Of a stretch of DNA of 64,000 nt, positions 42,075 to 51,950 are shown piece by piece. The notes below the pieces were generated by a model that had not been told where the DNA came from, did no database searches, and saw only the letters and a list, made by a program, of their open reading frames with translations. This DNA is from Candidatus Xenobia bacterium (GTDB taxonomy: Bacteria; Vulcanimicrobiota; Xenobia; Xenobiales; QWHO01), in contig BTUM01000013.1 in NCBI GenBank assembly GCA_045863235.1, positions 1 through 64,000 on the forward strand, in the 5' to 3' direction. Made by a program: the position numbers and the translations under genes. The stretch's first letter is position 1; the number at the start of each line of letters is the position of its first letter.

Positions 42075-42718
42075 AGGTCAAGATCTGCGGCCTGACCGAC
42101 GTTCTATCGGTCCAGATGGCCCTGCGAGCCGGGGCCGCGGCGGTGGGATTCGTGCTCGCCCCCAGCCGACGACAGGTCAGTGTGGAGTTAGCCCGTGAGC
42201 TTGCCAGTCAGGCCGGGGGCGCGGTGCGGGTAGCGGTCCTGGTCAATCCTTCTCCGGCCCAGGTGGAGGAGTGTCTGGAGTTTTGTGAGTTCGTGCAACT
42301 GCACGGCGACGAGTCGCCTGAGTTCTGTCAGGGCTACGCTCCGCGGGTGTGGAAGGCATTTCGGCTCGAGTCGCGAGCTCAGCTCGAGCAGGTAGGAGCC
42401 TATTCAGGCAAAGTGGCTGCCTTCTTGCTGGATGCGGCGCAGCCGGGCGCAGGTGCGCCGTTTGCCTGGGAATGGCTGGCGGGCTGGAGTCGACCTGGAC
42501 CGATCTGGTTGGCCGGGGGACTGACTGCCGACAACGTGGCCCAGGCAGTCAACCTTGTGAGACCTGATGGAGTGGACGTCTCCACCGGGGTCGAAGCCTC
42601 CCCAGGTCGTAAGGACGCCGAGTTGATCCGACGCTTTATGGCCAGAGCCCTCAGCGGGTCGTCTCGTGCAAACCTTCCAGAATCCAGTCCGACACACCGC
42701 CCAGGGGCATCCCCTTGA
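42071..42718 (+). CDS. trpF: Phosphoribosylanthranilate isomerase
   Basis: KVKICGL from 42074, QLHGDE, LAGGL...NV, GVDVSTGVE..PG.KD; probable CTG start. Confidence 0.9.
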   Translation: MKVKICGLTDVLSVQMALRAGAAAVGFVLAPSRRQVSVELARELASQAGGAVRVAVLVNPSPAQVEECLEFCEFVQLHGDESPEFCQGYAPRVWKAFRLESRAQLEQVGAYSGKVAAFLLDAAQPGAGAPFAWEWLAGWSRPGPIWLAGGLTADNVAQAVNLVRPDGVDVSTGVEASPGRKDAELIRRFMARALSGSSRANLPESSPTHRPGASP

Positions 42719-44372
42719 GGGTCTTGTCGTAGTGAATGCTGCTGGCGTTGGCGGTGACCACCTGGCCCACGACCGAGCCGAAGACTTCGGTGTTCTTGAG
42801 GGTCACCGTGGTATCTTTTCCGGCTGCCACGAAGGTGCCGCTGCCGCCCTCGACGTTGAATTGGGAGCCGGGATTCAGGGCTGCTGAGCTCGACCCATCG
42901 GCAGCAGCTGTCGTCGCCCCGCCGCGTAATCCACCGGTGGTCGCGGCACCAGATGCGGCGGCGGTGCCGGTTGCGGCCAGAACTTCGGGGGGAACTTCGT
43001 CGGTGAAGTAGATTTGCAGGTCACGCGGATTGAGGTTGTTGATCTTTGTATTCTTAAGATTCATCTGGTAGCCAACGTAGAGGATGACCGGGCCTCCTCC
43101 AGAGTCGATATCGATCTCGGCTCCGTCAGCACTGAAGGTATTGGAGATGTAATAAGTACCTGACTTGAGCTTGACCCGGTCTCCGGGCGGCACGGTTACG
43201 TTCTTGTAGGTGGTGTTGGGGGGAAGCTCGCCGGATGGGGGCGGCGGTGGGGGGGGGGGCGGGCTGTTATTGCCGCCGCCATTGTTCCCCCCTCCGTTGT
43301 TGTTCCCTCCGCCATTGCCGCCTCCGCCACTTCGAGGGAGCGTGGAGGTATCGATGTCGGGGTCGGTCGGAGTCTGCTGATAGGGGGCGCGGAAGCCGGG
43401 CACTACGGTCGGCTCGGCAGCCGTCTTGGTGGTGCCGGTCATGATGCCCCCCTGGAGGCGAACCCGCTCCGGGGTGCCGCTGCCGGTTGCTCCTCCTGCT
43501 GCCAGCCCGGTGGTCCCTCCGGTCGTGGCAGCCCCACTGGTGGCAGCTCCCGAGGTGGCAGAGCCGCCGGTGGTGGAAGCGCCGGCGAAAAGCTCGTTCA
43601 GCTTGGCGACAGGGGACAGCTCGGCGTTCCCGTCCACCCAGACGCCGCTGCCGAGCTCGATGTACCCTGCGCTGGCGACGGTGCCCTCGCCGACAGTCAC
43701 GTTGCCCCCGTTGTTTCCACCTCCCCCGTTGTTTCCGCCACCGCCGTTGTTTCCGCCACCGCCGTTGTTTCCACCACCGCCGCTCCAACTCACTCCGGAG
43801 GGAGCGTTCGAGGGGGGACCCCAGTAGCCTCCGAACGAGTCGTAGCTGTCCGTCCAGCTGCCATTGGCAAGACCGACGAAGAGATCGCCGTAGGCAGCCT
43901 GGTCGAACACCGGCTTGTTCTTCATGGCCAGCCCGGCCATGCCGCCCACGATTTTGGTGCGCGGCCCGCTGCTGCCCACCCGGTAGCCGGTGGAGTCGAT
44001 GTAAGCCGCTCCGCCGGGAACGTCCTTGGAGGTTCCCGGTACGGTTCTCGGGTTGGCTCCCGTGATGTTGCTCCAGACGGCAACCTCATAGCGCAGGCTG
44101 GCGTCCCCCGGCATGGTGCCGTCGAAGGTGTAGGGCCAGCGATCACAGGTGGCCTCGTCGGCCAGCAGGCGAGCCATCGCCTCCTGAATTCCCGAGTAAG
44201 CGATGTAGCGCGCTTCCTTCTTTCCACCCACCTGGGTTGTATTCTGCATGTGGAACACGGTGCTCGAGCCGATGATGGCCACCAGGAGAACCAGAATGGA
44301 GGTGGTCAGGATAGCCACCGCCAGCAGTGAGCCTTTTCTCGACGTCATTCTTCGCTTACTCACGGGCCACAC
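42651..44372 (-). CDS. PilX-like minor pilin with large C-terminal domain and Gly/Asn/Pro-rich inserts
   Basis: RKG-SLLAVAIL leader and hydrophobic helix, A.Y.A.SG...A motif, C-terminal IHYD..L. Confidence 0.65.
   Translation of the reverse strand: MWPVSKRRMTSRKGSLLAVAILTTSILVLLVAIIGSSTVFHMQNTTQVGGKKEARYIAYSGIQEAMARLLADEATCDRWPYTFDGTMPGDASLRYEVAVWSNITGANPRTVPGTSKDVPGGAAYIDSTGYRVGSSGPRTKIVGGMAGLAMKNKPVFDQAAYGDLFVGLANGSWTDSYDSFGGYWGPPSNAPSGVSWSGGGGNNGGGGNNGGGGNNGGGGNNGGNVTVGEGTVASAGYIELGSGVWVDGNAELSPVAKLNELFAGASTTGGSATSGAATSGAATTGGTTGLAAGGATGSGTPERVRLQGGIMTGTTKTAAEPTVVPGFRAPYQQTPTDPDIDTSTLPRSGGGGNGGGNNNGGGNNGGGNNSPPPPPPPPPSGELPPNTTYKNVTVPPGDRVKLKSGTYYISNTFSADGAEIDIDSGGGPVILYVGYQMNLKNTKINNLNPRDLQIYFTDEVPPEVLAATGTAAASGAATTGGLRGGATTAAADGSSSAALNPGSQFNVEGGSGTFVAAGKDTTVTLKNTEVFGSVVGQVVTANASSIHYDKTLKGMPLGGVSDWILEGLHETTR
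43710..43781. repeat. 18-bp tandem repeats encoding GGGGNN
   Basis: About four copies of a CCGTTGTTTCCGCCACCG-like unit. Confidence 0.75.
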
Positions 44373-44373
44373 C

Positions 44374-44955
44374 TCAGTTCTTGGGGGTCACTTTGGTTTC
44401 GAGCTCGACTTTGAACTGGTAACGATCATACACCGAGGCTTCGATGAGGATCGGGAGCGGGAAGCTCTGGGTCGACTCGAGTCGGGAGATATTGCGAGCT
44501 ACAATTCTGGCCTTGTTGCCAGCTGTGCTGCGAAAATACTCGGCGTCCCAGGCGGTGGAGATGGGCGGAGGAAAGGCGCCATTGCCGGTACCGGGGAAGT
44601 CCGTCAGCGGCCTTTCCGTGCGCATCAAGCATGGAACATCGTTGATCACATCTAAATAGTAGCACACGAATTTGCTCCACTGAAGCTTGGTGTCGGAATA
44701 GTTGACCTGGCCGGTCTGGTCTCGGGGGGAGCCGAACACGATCCCGATGGTGGGTGGGTTCATGTCGGTCAGCATGCTGCCAGGATTCGATTCCACCAAC
44801 TCGTTGGTGAGGGCCGACATGGCGATCAGGGCGCTCTGTTGCACGTCGATGGTCGCGCTCTGGGTTCGGTAGTAGTTGATCCCGTACATCAAGATGGTGT
44901 GAATGGTCATCATGATGAGGCCGAGCAGAAACGTCGCCACCAACATCTCGAACAT
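44374..44955 (-). CDS. PilW-like minor pilin
   Basis: RG-TSMFEMLV class III leader (E+5) and hydrophobic helix; true start probably upstream of ATG 44955 and unclear. Confidence 0.65.
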   Translation of the reverse strand: MFEMLVATFLLGLIMMTIHTILMYGINYYRTQSATIDVQQSALIAMSALTNELVESNPGSMLTDMNPPTIGIVFGSPRDQTGQVNYSDTKLQWSKFVCYYLDVINDVPCLMRTERPLTDFPGTGNGAFPPPISTAWDAEYFRSTAGNKARIVARNISRLESTQSFPLPILIEASVYDRYQFKVELETKVTPKN

Positions 44956-45010
44956 GCTGGTGCCGCGTGAAGGTCCAAAAGCGCGGCCCGAAACCCACCT
45001 GACACCGTTC

Positions 45011-45427
45011 TTAGCCCGCGCGGGATAGCAGCGACTCAATGCGAACCTCCCGCAGCTCATTGGACTCGGTCCAGGTGACGCGCACCTCGATTGACTTGCG
45101 GTCAGGATCGATGTCGGTGACTTTGATGTGGTAGTGGTAAATGAAAGTGTTCTCGTAGCCTCGCAGGGTGGTCTTCATGTACAGCTCTTTTTCCGTGTCC
45201 GGGTCGCCGGTGTTATCCATCCCGTCCACCCCGAAGAAGCCGCGGGCCAGGCACTCTTCCATCTGGCGCTCGGCCAGAAAGTTTCCGGCCATCCGGGTGC
45301 GGGCCTTGGCAACCGAGCGCGCGTGGGTGATCCAGACGCTCATCAGGCTCAGCATGATGGTGGAGAAGATCAAGCTGGTGACCATAATCTCCAGGAAGTT
45401 ATAGCCACGCCGCCGATCCCGGAACAT
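45011..45427 (-). CDS. PilV-like minor pilin
   Basis: RRRG-YNFLEIMV class III signal, A..LA...ME, I.V.VTW. Confidence 0.75.
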   Translation of the reverse strand: MFRDRRRGYNFLEIMVTSLIFSTIMLSLMSVWITHARSVAKARTRMAGNFLAERQMEECLARGFFGVDGMDNTGDPDTEKELYMKTTLRGYENTFIYHYHIKVTDIDPDRKSIEVRVTWTESNELREVRIESLLSRAG

Positions 45428-45502
45428 ACTCAAAGTGTAGCATACGGTCCGAAAGCCTTCAATGGAAGAAGGCACTGCTGGTCTTGAAGCGAAACCGCTT
45501 CA

Positions 45503-46708
45503 ATGCAGTTACCCGTTGGCCCCATGCGCTCCCAGCTGGCCGACTCCCGGGGCCGATTCGGTGCTTACGGTGGGCGGTTTGTTCCCGAGACTCTCATCAC
45601 TGCGCTCCAGGAGCTTGAGGCGGGTTATGCCCGGGCCTGCGCCGACGAGTCTTTCTGGAGCGAGCTGTCCGCCCACTTGAGCCTGTTTGCCGGCCGTCCG
45701 ACCCCCCTTTACCCGGCCGAGCGGCTCACTGCCCACTGGGGCGGAGCGCGCGTCTGGCTCAAACGCGAAGACCTGAATCACACCGGCTCGCACAAGCTGA
45801 ACAACTGTCTGGGGCAGGCGTTGTTGGCTCGTCGCATGGGGAAGCGCCGCATCGTTGCCGAGACAGGCGCGGGCCAGCACGGCGTCGCCACCGCGACCGT
45901 TTGCGCCCGGTTTGGCCTGGAGTGCGTGGTCTACATGGGGGCCGAGGATGTGCGTCGTCAGGCTCTTAATGTCTACCGCATGCAGCTTCTGGGGGCCAGG
46001 GTCGTGAGCGTCGAATCGGGCTCGCGCACCCTCAAGGATGCCACCAACGAAGCCATGCGCGACTGGGTGGCCACGGTCGATGACACCCACTACATTCTGG
46101 GCTCGGTGGTCGGGCCTCATCCCTTCCCTACGCTGGTGCGCGACTTCCAGGCGGTGATCGGACGCGAGGCGTCCACCCAGCTCGGTCGGCCGCCCGCGGT
46201 GGTGGTGGCTTGCGTGGGCGGGGGGTCCAATGCGGCTGGGATGTTCGCCCACTTCGTCGACCAGAGCGGAGTGCGCCTGGTGGGGGTGGAGGCCGGCGGC
46301 GTCGGCACCGGTCCAGGCCAGCACGCCGCTTCGCTCAGCTCGGGCGAGCCCGGAATCCTGCACGGAGCGCTCACCTACCTGCTGCAGGATGCTCAGGGGC
46401 AGGTGCTGGCCACTCATTCGGTGTCGGCCGGCCTGGATTATCCCGGGGTGGGCCCTCAGCACAGCTTCTGGAAAGACAGCCGGCGGGTGGAGTATGTGGC
46501 GGTTTCCGATCGGGAGGCCCTGGACGCCTTCTTGCTGTTGTGCAGGCTGGAGGGCATCGTGCCCGCTCTCGAGTCCGCTCACGCCCTGGCCTGGTGCCAG
46601 CGCGAGGCTTCCTCAATGAGTCCGGATCAGGACTTGCTGGTCTGCCTGTCGGGCAGAGGCGACAAGGACGTTGCCGAAGTGCAGCGGTTGCTGGGAGATG
46701 AGCAATGA
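45503..46708 (+). CDS. trpB: Tryptophan synthase beta chain
   Basis: [37 protein letters not shown]. Confidence 0.97.
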   Translation: MQLPVGPMRSQLADSRGRFGAYGGRFVPETLITALQELEAGYARACADESFWSELSAHLSLFAGRPTPLYPAERLTAHWGGARVWLKREDLNHTGSHKLNNCLGQALLARRMGKRRIVAETGAGQHGVATATVCARFGLECVVYMGAEDVRRQALNVYRMQLLGARVVSVESGSRTLKDATNEAMRDWVATVDDTHYILGSVVGPHPFPTLVRDFQAVIGREASTQLGRPPAVVVACVGGGSNAAGMFAHFVDQSGVRLVGVEAGGVGTGPGQHAASLSSGEPGILHGALTYLLQDAQGQVLATHSVSAGLDYPGVGPQHSFWKDSRRVEYVAVSDREALDAFLLLCRLEGIVPALESAHALAWCQREASSMSPDQDLLVCLSGRGDKDVAEVQRLLGDEQ

Positions 46709-47439
46709 TCAGCCTGCCGGAGCGGTCGGTGATCCCCTACCTAACGGCCGGCTGGCCTGCTGAGCAGGCCTTTCTGGAGGCGGCCGCAGCGGCCGGTCGG
46801 GCGGGCTGCCCCCTGTTCGAGGTCGGCATCCCCTTCAGCGACCCGGTGGCCGACGGACCGACCATCCAGCGGGCTTCGCAACAGGCGCTGGAGAGCGGTG
46901 TAACGGTCGAGCGCTCGCTCGAGTTGATCCGCCGGGCGGTGGAGTTGAGTGGAATTCCGGCCGTGGCCATGACCTACGCCAATCTGGTCTATCGGCGAGG
47001 ATACGAGAAGTTCTGCCAGGACCTGGCGGCGGCCGGTGGGGTGGGGCTGATCGTGCCCGATCTGCCCCTGGAGGAGTCCGACGAACTCGAGGGGGCCAGT
47101 CAGAAGGCAGGGATCGACCTGATCCAACTGGCGACCCCTACGACTCCCGTTCAGCGGCTGGAGCTTCTGGGCCGGCGCAGTCGGGGTTTTCTCTATCTGG
47201 TTTCGGTGCGAGGGGTGACCGGCAGTCGAGGTCAGTTGGCCGAGAATCTGGATGAGCTGATCGCCCGGGCGGTGGCCAGCTCCAGGGTGCCGGTCTGCGT
47301 GGGTTTTGGCATCTCGACTCCCGACCAGGTGCGTCAGGTCACCCGGCAGGCCCGCGGCGTCATCGTTGGGAGCGCTCTGCTCGAGAGGTTGGAGCGGGGT
47401 GAGGATGTGGAAGCTTACTTGCGAGGATTGACATGCTGA
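46705..47439 (+). CDS. trpA: Tryptophan synthase alpha chain
   Basis: [32 protein letters not shown]. Confidence 0.95.
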   Translation: MISLPERSVIPYLTAGWPAEQAFLEAAAAAGRAGCPLFEVGIPFSDPVADGPTIQRASQQALESGVTVERSLELIRRAVELSGIPAVAMTYANLVYRRGYEKFCQDLAAAGGVGLIVPDLPLEESDELEGASQKAGIDLIQLATPTTPVQRLELLGRRSRGFLYLVSVRGVTGSRGQLAENLDELIARAVASSRVPVCVGFGISTPDQVRQVTRQARGVIVGSALLERLERGEDVEAYLRGLTC

Positions 47440-48458
47440 TCGTAGTGATGGAGAAGCACGCCCCCGTGCGCCAGATCGGCGCGGTTCTCAAAGAGATCGA
47501 GGGGCTGGGGTTGCAGCCGCACCTGTCTCGGGGCGAGCACCAGACGGTCATCGGCTGCATGCTGAGCGGCGAGGCCGAGCCCGTCAAGTCGCGTCTGGGC
47601 ACCATGGAGGGGGTGGAGCGGGTCTTTCCGGCCAGTCGACCCTACCGCCTGGCCAGCCGTGAGTTTCGGCCCGAGGACAGTCTGTTTCACATCAGTGGAG
47701 TTCCGGTGGGGAGCTCTCGTCTGGCCATGATGGCCGGGCCGTGCGCGGTGGAAAGCCATGCCCAGTTGATGGCCGTGGCCGAGGTATTGACCGCCAGCAA
47801 GGTCCCCTTCCTGCGAGGTGGAGCCTACAAGCCGCGCAGCTCTCCCTACAGCTTCCAGGGCCTGGGTCCCAAAGGCCTGGAGCTGCTGGCCGAGGTGAAG
47901 AGTCGCACCGGCCTTCGCATCGTGACCGAGTGCCTCACCACCGGCGACGTCGAGCTGGTGGCGCGTTATGCGGACGTGATTCAGGTGGGCGCTCGCAACA
48001 TGCAGAACTTTGCCCTCCTGCAAGAGCTGGGTCGGTGCCGGGTGCCTGTGCTGCTCAAGCGGGGGATGATGAACTCGCTGGAAGAGCTCTTGATGTCGGC
48101 CGAGTACATCTTGTCCAAAGGAAACTCTCAGGTCATGCTCTGCGAGCGAGGCATTCGCACCTTCGAGCAGGCCACTCGCAACACTCTGGACATCAGCGCC
48201 GTTCCGGTTCTCAAACGGCTCACCCACCTTCCGGTCATCGTTGACCCCTCCCACGCCGCAGGCGACCGCGCTCTGGTGCCGTCGCTGGCCCTGGCGGCCG
48301 TCGCCGCCGGAGCCGATGGGTTGATCGTGGAGACCCATCCCGATCCCGACCGGTCAGTTTCGGATGCCGCGCAGGCACTCAGCCTCCAGGCTTTCGCCGA
48401 GCTGATGCAGCGCTCCGAGGAGGTAGCAAAGGCGGTAGGTCGCTCGTTTTACAATTAG
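47433..48458 (+). CDS. aroF: DAHP synthase (class I beta)
   Basis: [40 protein letters not shown]. Confidence 0.93.
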   Translation: MLIVVMEKHAPVRQIGAVLKEIEGLGLQPHLSRGEHQTVIGCMLSGEAEPVKSRLGTMEGVERVFPASRPYRLASREFRPEDSLFHISGVPVGSSRLAMMAGPCAVESHAQLMAVAEVLTASKVPFLRGGAYKPRSSPYSFQGLGPKGLELLAEVKSRTGLRIVTECLTTGDVELVARYADVIQVGARNMQNFALLQELGRCRVPVLLKRGMMNSLEELLMSAEYILSKGNSQVMLCERGIRTFEQATRNTLDISAVPVLKRLTHLPVIVDPSHAAGDRALVPSLALAAVAAGADGLIVETHPDPDRSVSDAAQALSLQAFAELMQRSEEVAKAVGRSFYN

Positions 48459-48463
48459 TTAAC
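48451..48463 (+). repeat. attL core ACAATTAGTTAAC
   Basis: Overlaps the aroF stop codon; identical to 59249-59261. Confidence 0.85.
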
Positions 48464-48499
48464 CGATGTCTGCCCGTCGAACGACGATTCTACGCCACT

Positions 48500-49698
48500 T
48501 CAGACCTGTTGGGACTCTTTCAAGTGTACCTCCTGTGTACCAACACGGGAAACACCGGTGGCTTTGCGGATTGTGGCATCGAACACCAGGCAATCCATTG
48601 TAGCTGCAGCATCTTCTTGCATGGTTGGCAGCACGTGGGAGTAGCAGTCGAGGGTGATCACCACGCTGGCGTGCCCAAGCCGCTCCGCCACCACTTTCGG
48701 GTTGAAGCCCGCCAGGAGCAGGCTGCATGGGTGTGGCGCAATGTGTAGAGCCGCATTTCCCTTAGCCCGACGCGCTTGAGCAGGCGCTTGAAGCGCTGGT
48801 CGAGCGAGTCTCTCCAGTGGAAGCCGCCGGTCGGGTTGGGGAAGAGCAGGTTGTGGTCGGTCCACTTCGGGCCGGCCTGCAGGCGCAGCTCGGCCAGGTG
48901 GGCGCGGTGGGCACGCAGCCTGCGCACCAGCTCGGAGCCCAGCTGGAGCCGACGGTTGCCGGCCGGGGTCTTCACCTCGTCCACCTCGAGCCGCCAGGTC
49001 TCCCCTTCCTGGCGCCGGATCAGGTTGCGGGTGACCTGGAGCGCCGAGCCCTGCCAGTCGACCTGGTCCCATTGGCAGGCCAGCAGCTCGCCCGGCCGCA
49101 TGCCGGTCGAGACGGCGAAGACCAGGAAGAACCACCAGAAAGGCTCGGAGCTGGCCGCCTCGAGCACGCGCTCGAGCTCGTGGGGCTCGAGCACCGTCAC
49201 CACCCTCCGCCTGCGTCGGGGCAGCTCGAGCCCCTGAGACGGGTTCCCCGCCAGGAAGCCCCAGCGCACCGCCTGGTTCAGGGCAGAGCGGAGCACCCGG
49301 TGGATCAGGGCGATGGTGGCGGGCGAGCGACCCTCCTGCTCGAGCGCGAGGTAGAGCTCCTGCACCTGCCCGCGTTGCAGCCGGTCGAGGCGCAGGGGCC
49401 CGAGCCGGGGCCGCACGTAGAGCTCGAGCATCCGCCGGTAGTGGTCCGCTGTCTGGGGCTTCACGCTCTTACAAGTCTCGAGCCACTGGTCGAGGTACTG
49501 GTCGAGCGACTTTCGGGCTGGCTCCACCAGCTGGCCGAGGTCGCGGTCGCGCAGCACCTGGTTGAGGTAGCGCTCGGCGTCTTTCTTCGTGCCGTGGATG
49601 GTCTTGTTGTGGTTGAGCCGCTTGCCGGCGTGGTTGCGACCGAGGTAGACGCGCACCAGCCAGGTCTTCTCGCCTCGCTTGATGATGCTGCCGGCCAC
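48500..49698 (-). pseudogene. Tyrosine recombinase/integrase, frameshifted near 48725
   Basis: TGMRPGELL, VKT, LRHTHA in one frame; SLLLAG.NPKVVAERLGH...TLD.YSH in another. Confidence 0.85.
48524..48543 (+). repeat. Putative integrase arm-type sites (tandem GTGTACC)
   Basis: GTGTACC twice; CCTGTGTACCAA also occurs at 59124-59135. Confidence 0.65.
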
Positions 49699-49700
49699 GG

Positions 49701-50192
49701 CTACACGCCCAAGATGAGAGGGGCTCCAAAGCTACGGAGCATCTCAAACGTATTCAGGAACTGAACATTGAAGGCAATGCAGACATCGGGGAGCTTGACA
49801 TTGTTCTTGCTTTCTGGCGCTGGTGTTTCCAATGTAACAACAATGCGACCATGGATGACAGCGTATGCGACTAACCAACCGTCCGCCCCCTGGAAGAACT
49901 TGGTCTTCGCAGACTGCTTGAACCGTGGTTGAGATTCTACCCAACGAGCCACCTCTGAATAGGCAATCTGCACCTCGGGGCTGTCAGTCGACAGGAAGGC
50001 TGTGGGCGGAGCCACATGTTCGACCCAGTGCCTGATCTCATCGTTTCCAAGTCGTAGCTCATCTCTTACTCGATCGATGCTGCTGAAAGGAAGCTTGACG
50101 AGGGCATCCCAGAAGCCCGGGCAGATGTCAAAGCCATAGTAGCGGTTTTTTGCCTCGATGAATACGTTGGCATCCAAGAGGAAGTCACTCAC
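49701..50192 (-). CDS. DUF4411 family PIN-like protein
   Basis: LLDANVFIEAKNRYY.FD.CPGFW, V.DEL, AD.WLVAYA, VT.E, KLPDVC. Confidence 0.85.
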   Translation of the reverse strand: MSDFLLDANVFIEAKNRYYGFDICPGFWDALVKLPFSSIDRVRDELRLGNDEIRHWVEHVAPPTAFLSTDSPEVQIAYSEVARWVESQPRFKQSAKTKFFQGADGWLVAYAVIHGRIVVTLETPAPESKNNVKLPDVCIAFNVQFLNTFEMLRSFGAPLILGV

Positions 50193-51325
50193 GGCGTGAG
50201 CCGATCAGCGAGTTTCTGGAAGGCGGCTCCCTGGAGCCCAACCAGAGAGTAGGCTTCACGATAGAGCAGTCGTCCTTCTTTTGCCGCTCTAACAACAGTC
50301 CTGGCAAAGCGATCTCCCACGCGATAGGTTTGCACCTTCCAGAAGTCGCCTCCGGCGCTCTCCGTTCCGCCAGAGCTGTCCGAAAGATGGGCGCGGTAGA
50401 ACGCAAGAAACTCATCTCGCGAGATAAAACCCAGGTCAAGAGCACGACGAGCTACCACCAGCTGGCTGACCTTGAAGCGCCGGGCGAGCTGCAAGAACCG
50501 GCGGGAGCTTGTGAAATTGGCTCGCCAAACCGGCTCGAATTCCGCTTGAGGAACCAGGAACTCCGCTGCAACTCGGTTACAGAACAGCTCCGCACGGTCC
50601 TGCGTGGGCATCAGGTGATGAAGGTCAAAAATACCACTCAGGTCCAGCCAGAGATGCGCCAGCTCGTGCGCCATGGTGAACATCTGCGCAGCTTTCGCAT
50701 CTGCGCCGTTGACAAAGATAAGTGGCGCCAGGTCGTCACTCAGAACGAAGCCTCTGAACTCCTCGGGGTCGAGCGGACGGTGCGTGTTGTTTCCTACCAC
50801 GCCGTTAATGAACACGAGAATCCCAGCGTCTTCGATGTGCTCACGCAGCAGCCCCCGAGCTTGTTCCCAGGTCGCGACCTGTTCGGCCCAACCCCCTTCC
50901 AAACCCAGCGTCGTTCTTATCCTTGCGGCCACACTCTCGGGGGCGTCTTCCAGGGATGCCGAGCCAACGAAGTCGAGAGGCTCTCCCCCTTCCTCCTGAA
51001 GATACTCGCGCATCCACGCCTGCCGACGCTCCATCGTCTGCACTGTTTCTAACAGATCGGGGCTTGGTCGACTGACCGGCTTGTCTCGAATCGTGCGGAA
51101 GTCGGGAACCGGTAGTGTCTCGACGGGTGGACTATCTAAGAATAGGTATCCGAATGGGGTGGAGGTCAACCGTGCAAAATTCTCGAGCTGCTTCAGCGTA
51201 GGCTTGGATTCCCCACGCTCCCAATCCGGGTAGCGTGGAAACCTGGCGGCAACCTCATCCAGAGCAAGGCACGCACGCTCGCGGGCCCACCTCAAGAGAT
51301 TGGGCGCAACAGTGACACGGCTCAC
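50189..51325 (-). CDS. XRE-HTH plus ImmA/IrrE metallopeptidase fusion
   Basis: L.WARER...WE.G...PTLKQL HTH; FRGF, FTMAHELAH, E.FCN.VAAEFLVP. Confidence 0.9.
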   Translation of the reverse strand: MSRVTVAPNLLRWARERACLALDEVAARFPRYPDWERGESKPTLKQLENFARLTSTPFGYLFLDSPPVETLPVPDFRTIRDKPVSRPSPDLLETVQTMERRQAWMREYLQEEGGEPLDFVGSASLEDAPESVAARIRTTLGLEGGWAEQVATWEQARGLLREHIEDAGILVFINGVVGNNTHRPLDPEEFRGFVLSDDLAPLIFVNGADAKAAQMFTMAHELAHLWLDLSGIFDLHHLMPTQDRAELFCNRVAAEFLVPQAEFEPVWRANFTSSRRFLQLARRFKVSQLVVARRALDLGFISRDEFLAFYRAHLSDSSGGTESAGGDFWKVQTYRVGDRFARTVVRAAKEGRLLYREAYSLVGLQGAAFQKLADRLTP

Positions 51326-51514
51326 GATACCTCCTACCGGAAAATAGTGAACATTTGTCCACCTCTCCCTTCCGGCTTGCCCATCGGGATACCTTCCATG
51401 TGCCGGGCTCCCATCCTACCAGGTCGGCCCCAACGCTCGCTCGAATTATCAGGGCATGCAAGAGCCGGTGCGCCTGGAGTTTCTCTGTGAATTGGCTGAC
51501 GAAGTCGTTGGCGC

Positions 51515-51904
51515 CTACGACCAGTATTCCGCAGCATTGTGCCGTTCGCCGCGGTGACCGACTGCGCGCTCGACCTGCCTCAGCCCTTGCGTCAGGGCCT
51601 GCATCTCTTGTCGCATCGAGCGCATTTCGAGCAGCAACTCGGTGAGCAGTTGGTCGGTCAGGCCCTCGACGGGCGGCGGATTCTCCCGCGCTGGAACGCT
51701 ATGACGGCCCGCCAAGCCCATAAAGACTGAAGAGGGAAGCCCCAACAGGTGATTCAGCCCTCGAATGTTCTCGATGCTAGGCCTACGCCTCTCAGCCTCC
51801 CAGTCTTTGACCGACTGCTTGGAGACGTCTAGTGCCTCTGCGAGAGACTCCATTGTGTAGCCGCACTGCAGACGTGCTTGCTTTATAGCTGGTCCATAGC
51901 TCAT
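51515..51904 (-). CDS. XRE family HTH repressor
   Basis: IKQAR...GYT.E.LAE.L.VSKQSV..WE..RR.P. Confidence 0.85.
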   Translation of the reverse strand: MSYGPAIKQARLQCGYTMESLAEALDVSKQSVKDWEAERRRPSIENIRGLNHLLGLPSSVFMGLAGRHSVPARENPPPVEGLTDQLLTELLLEMRSMRQEMQALTQGLRQVERAVGHRGERHNAAEYWS

Positions 51905-51918
51905 GGTTCTACACTAAA

Positions 51919-51950
51919 GTAGCAACCTGCTACCCACTTGACAGGTAGCA
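51919..51950. promoter_or_regulatory. Operator-like inverted repeats overlapping a TTGACA -35 box
   Basis: GTAGCA-acc-TGCTAC and TGCTACC-N9-GGTAGCA; TTGACA at 51938. Confidence 0.65.
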
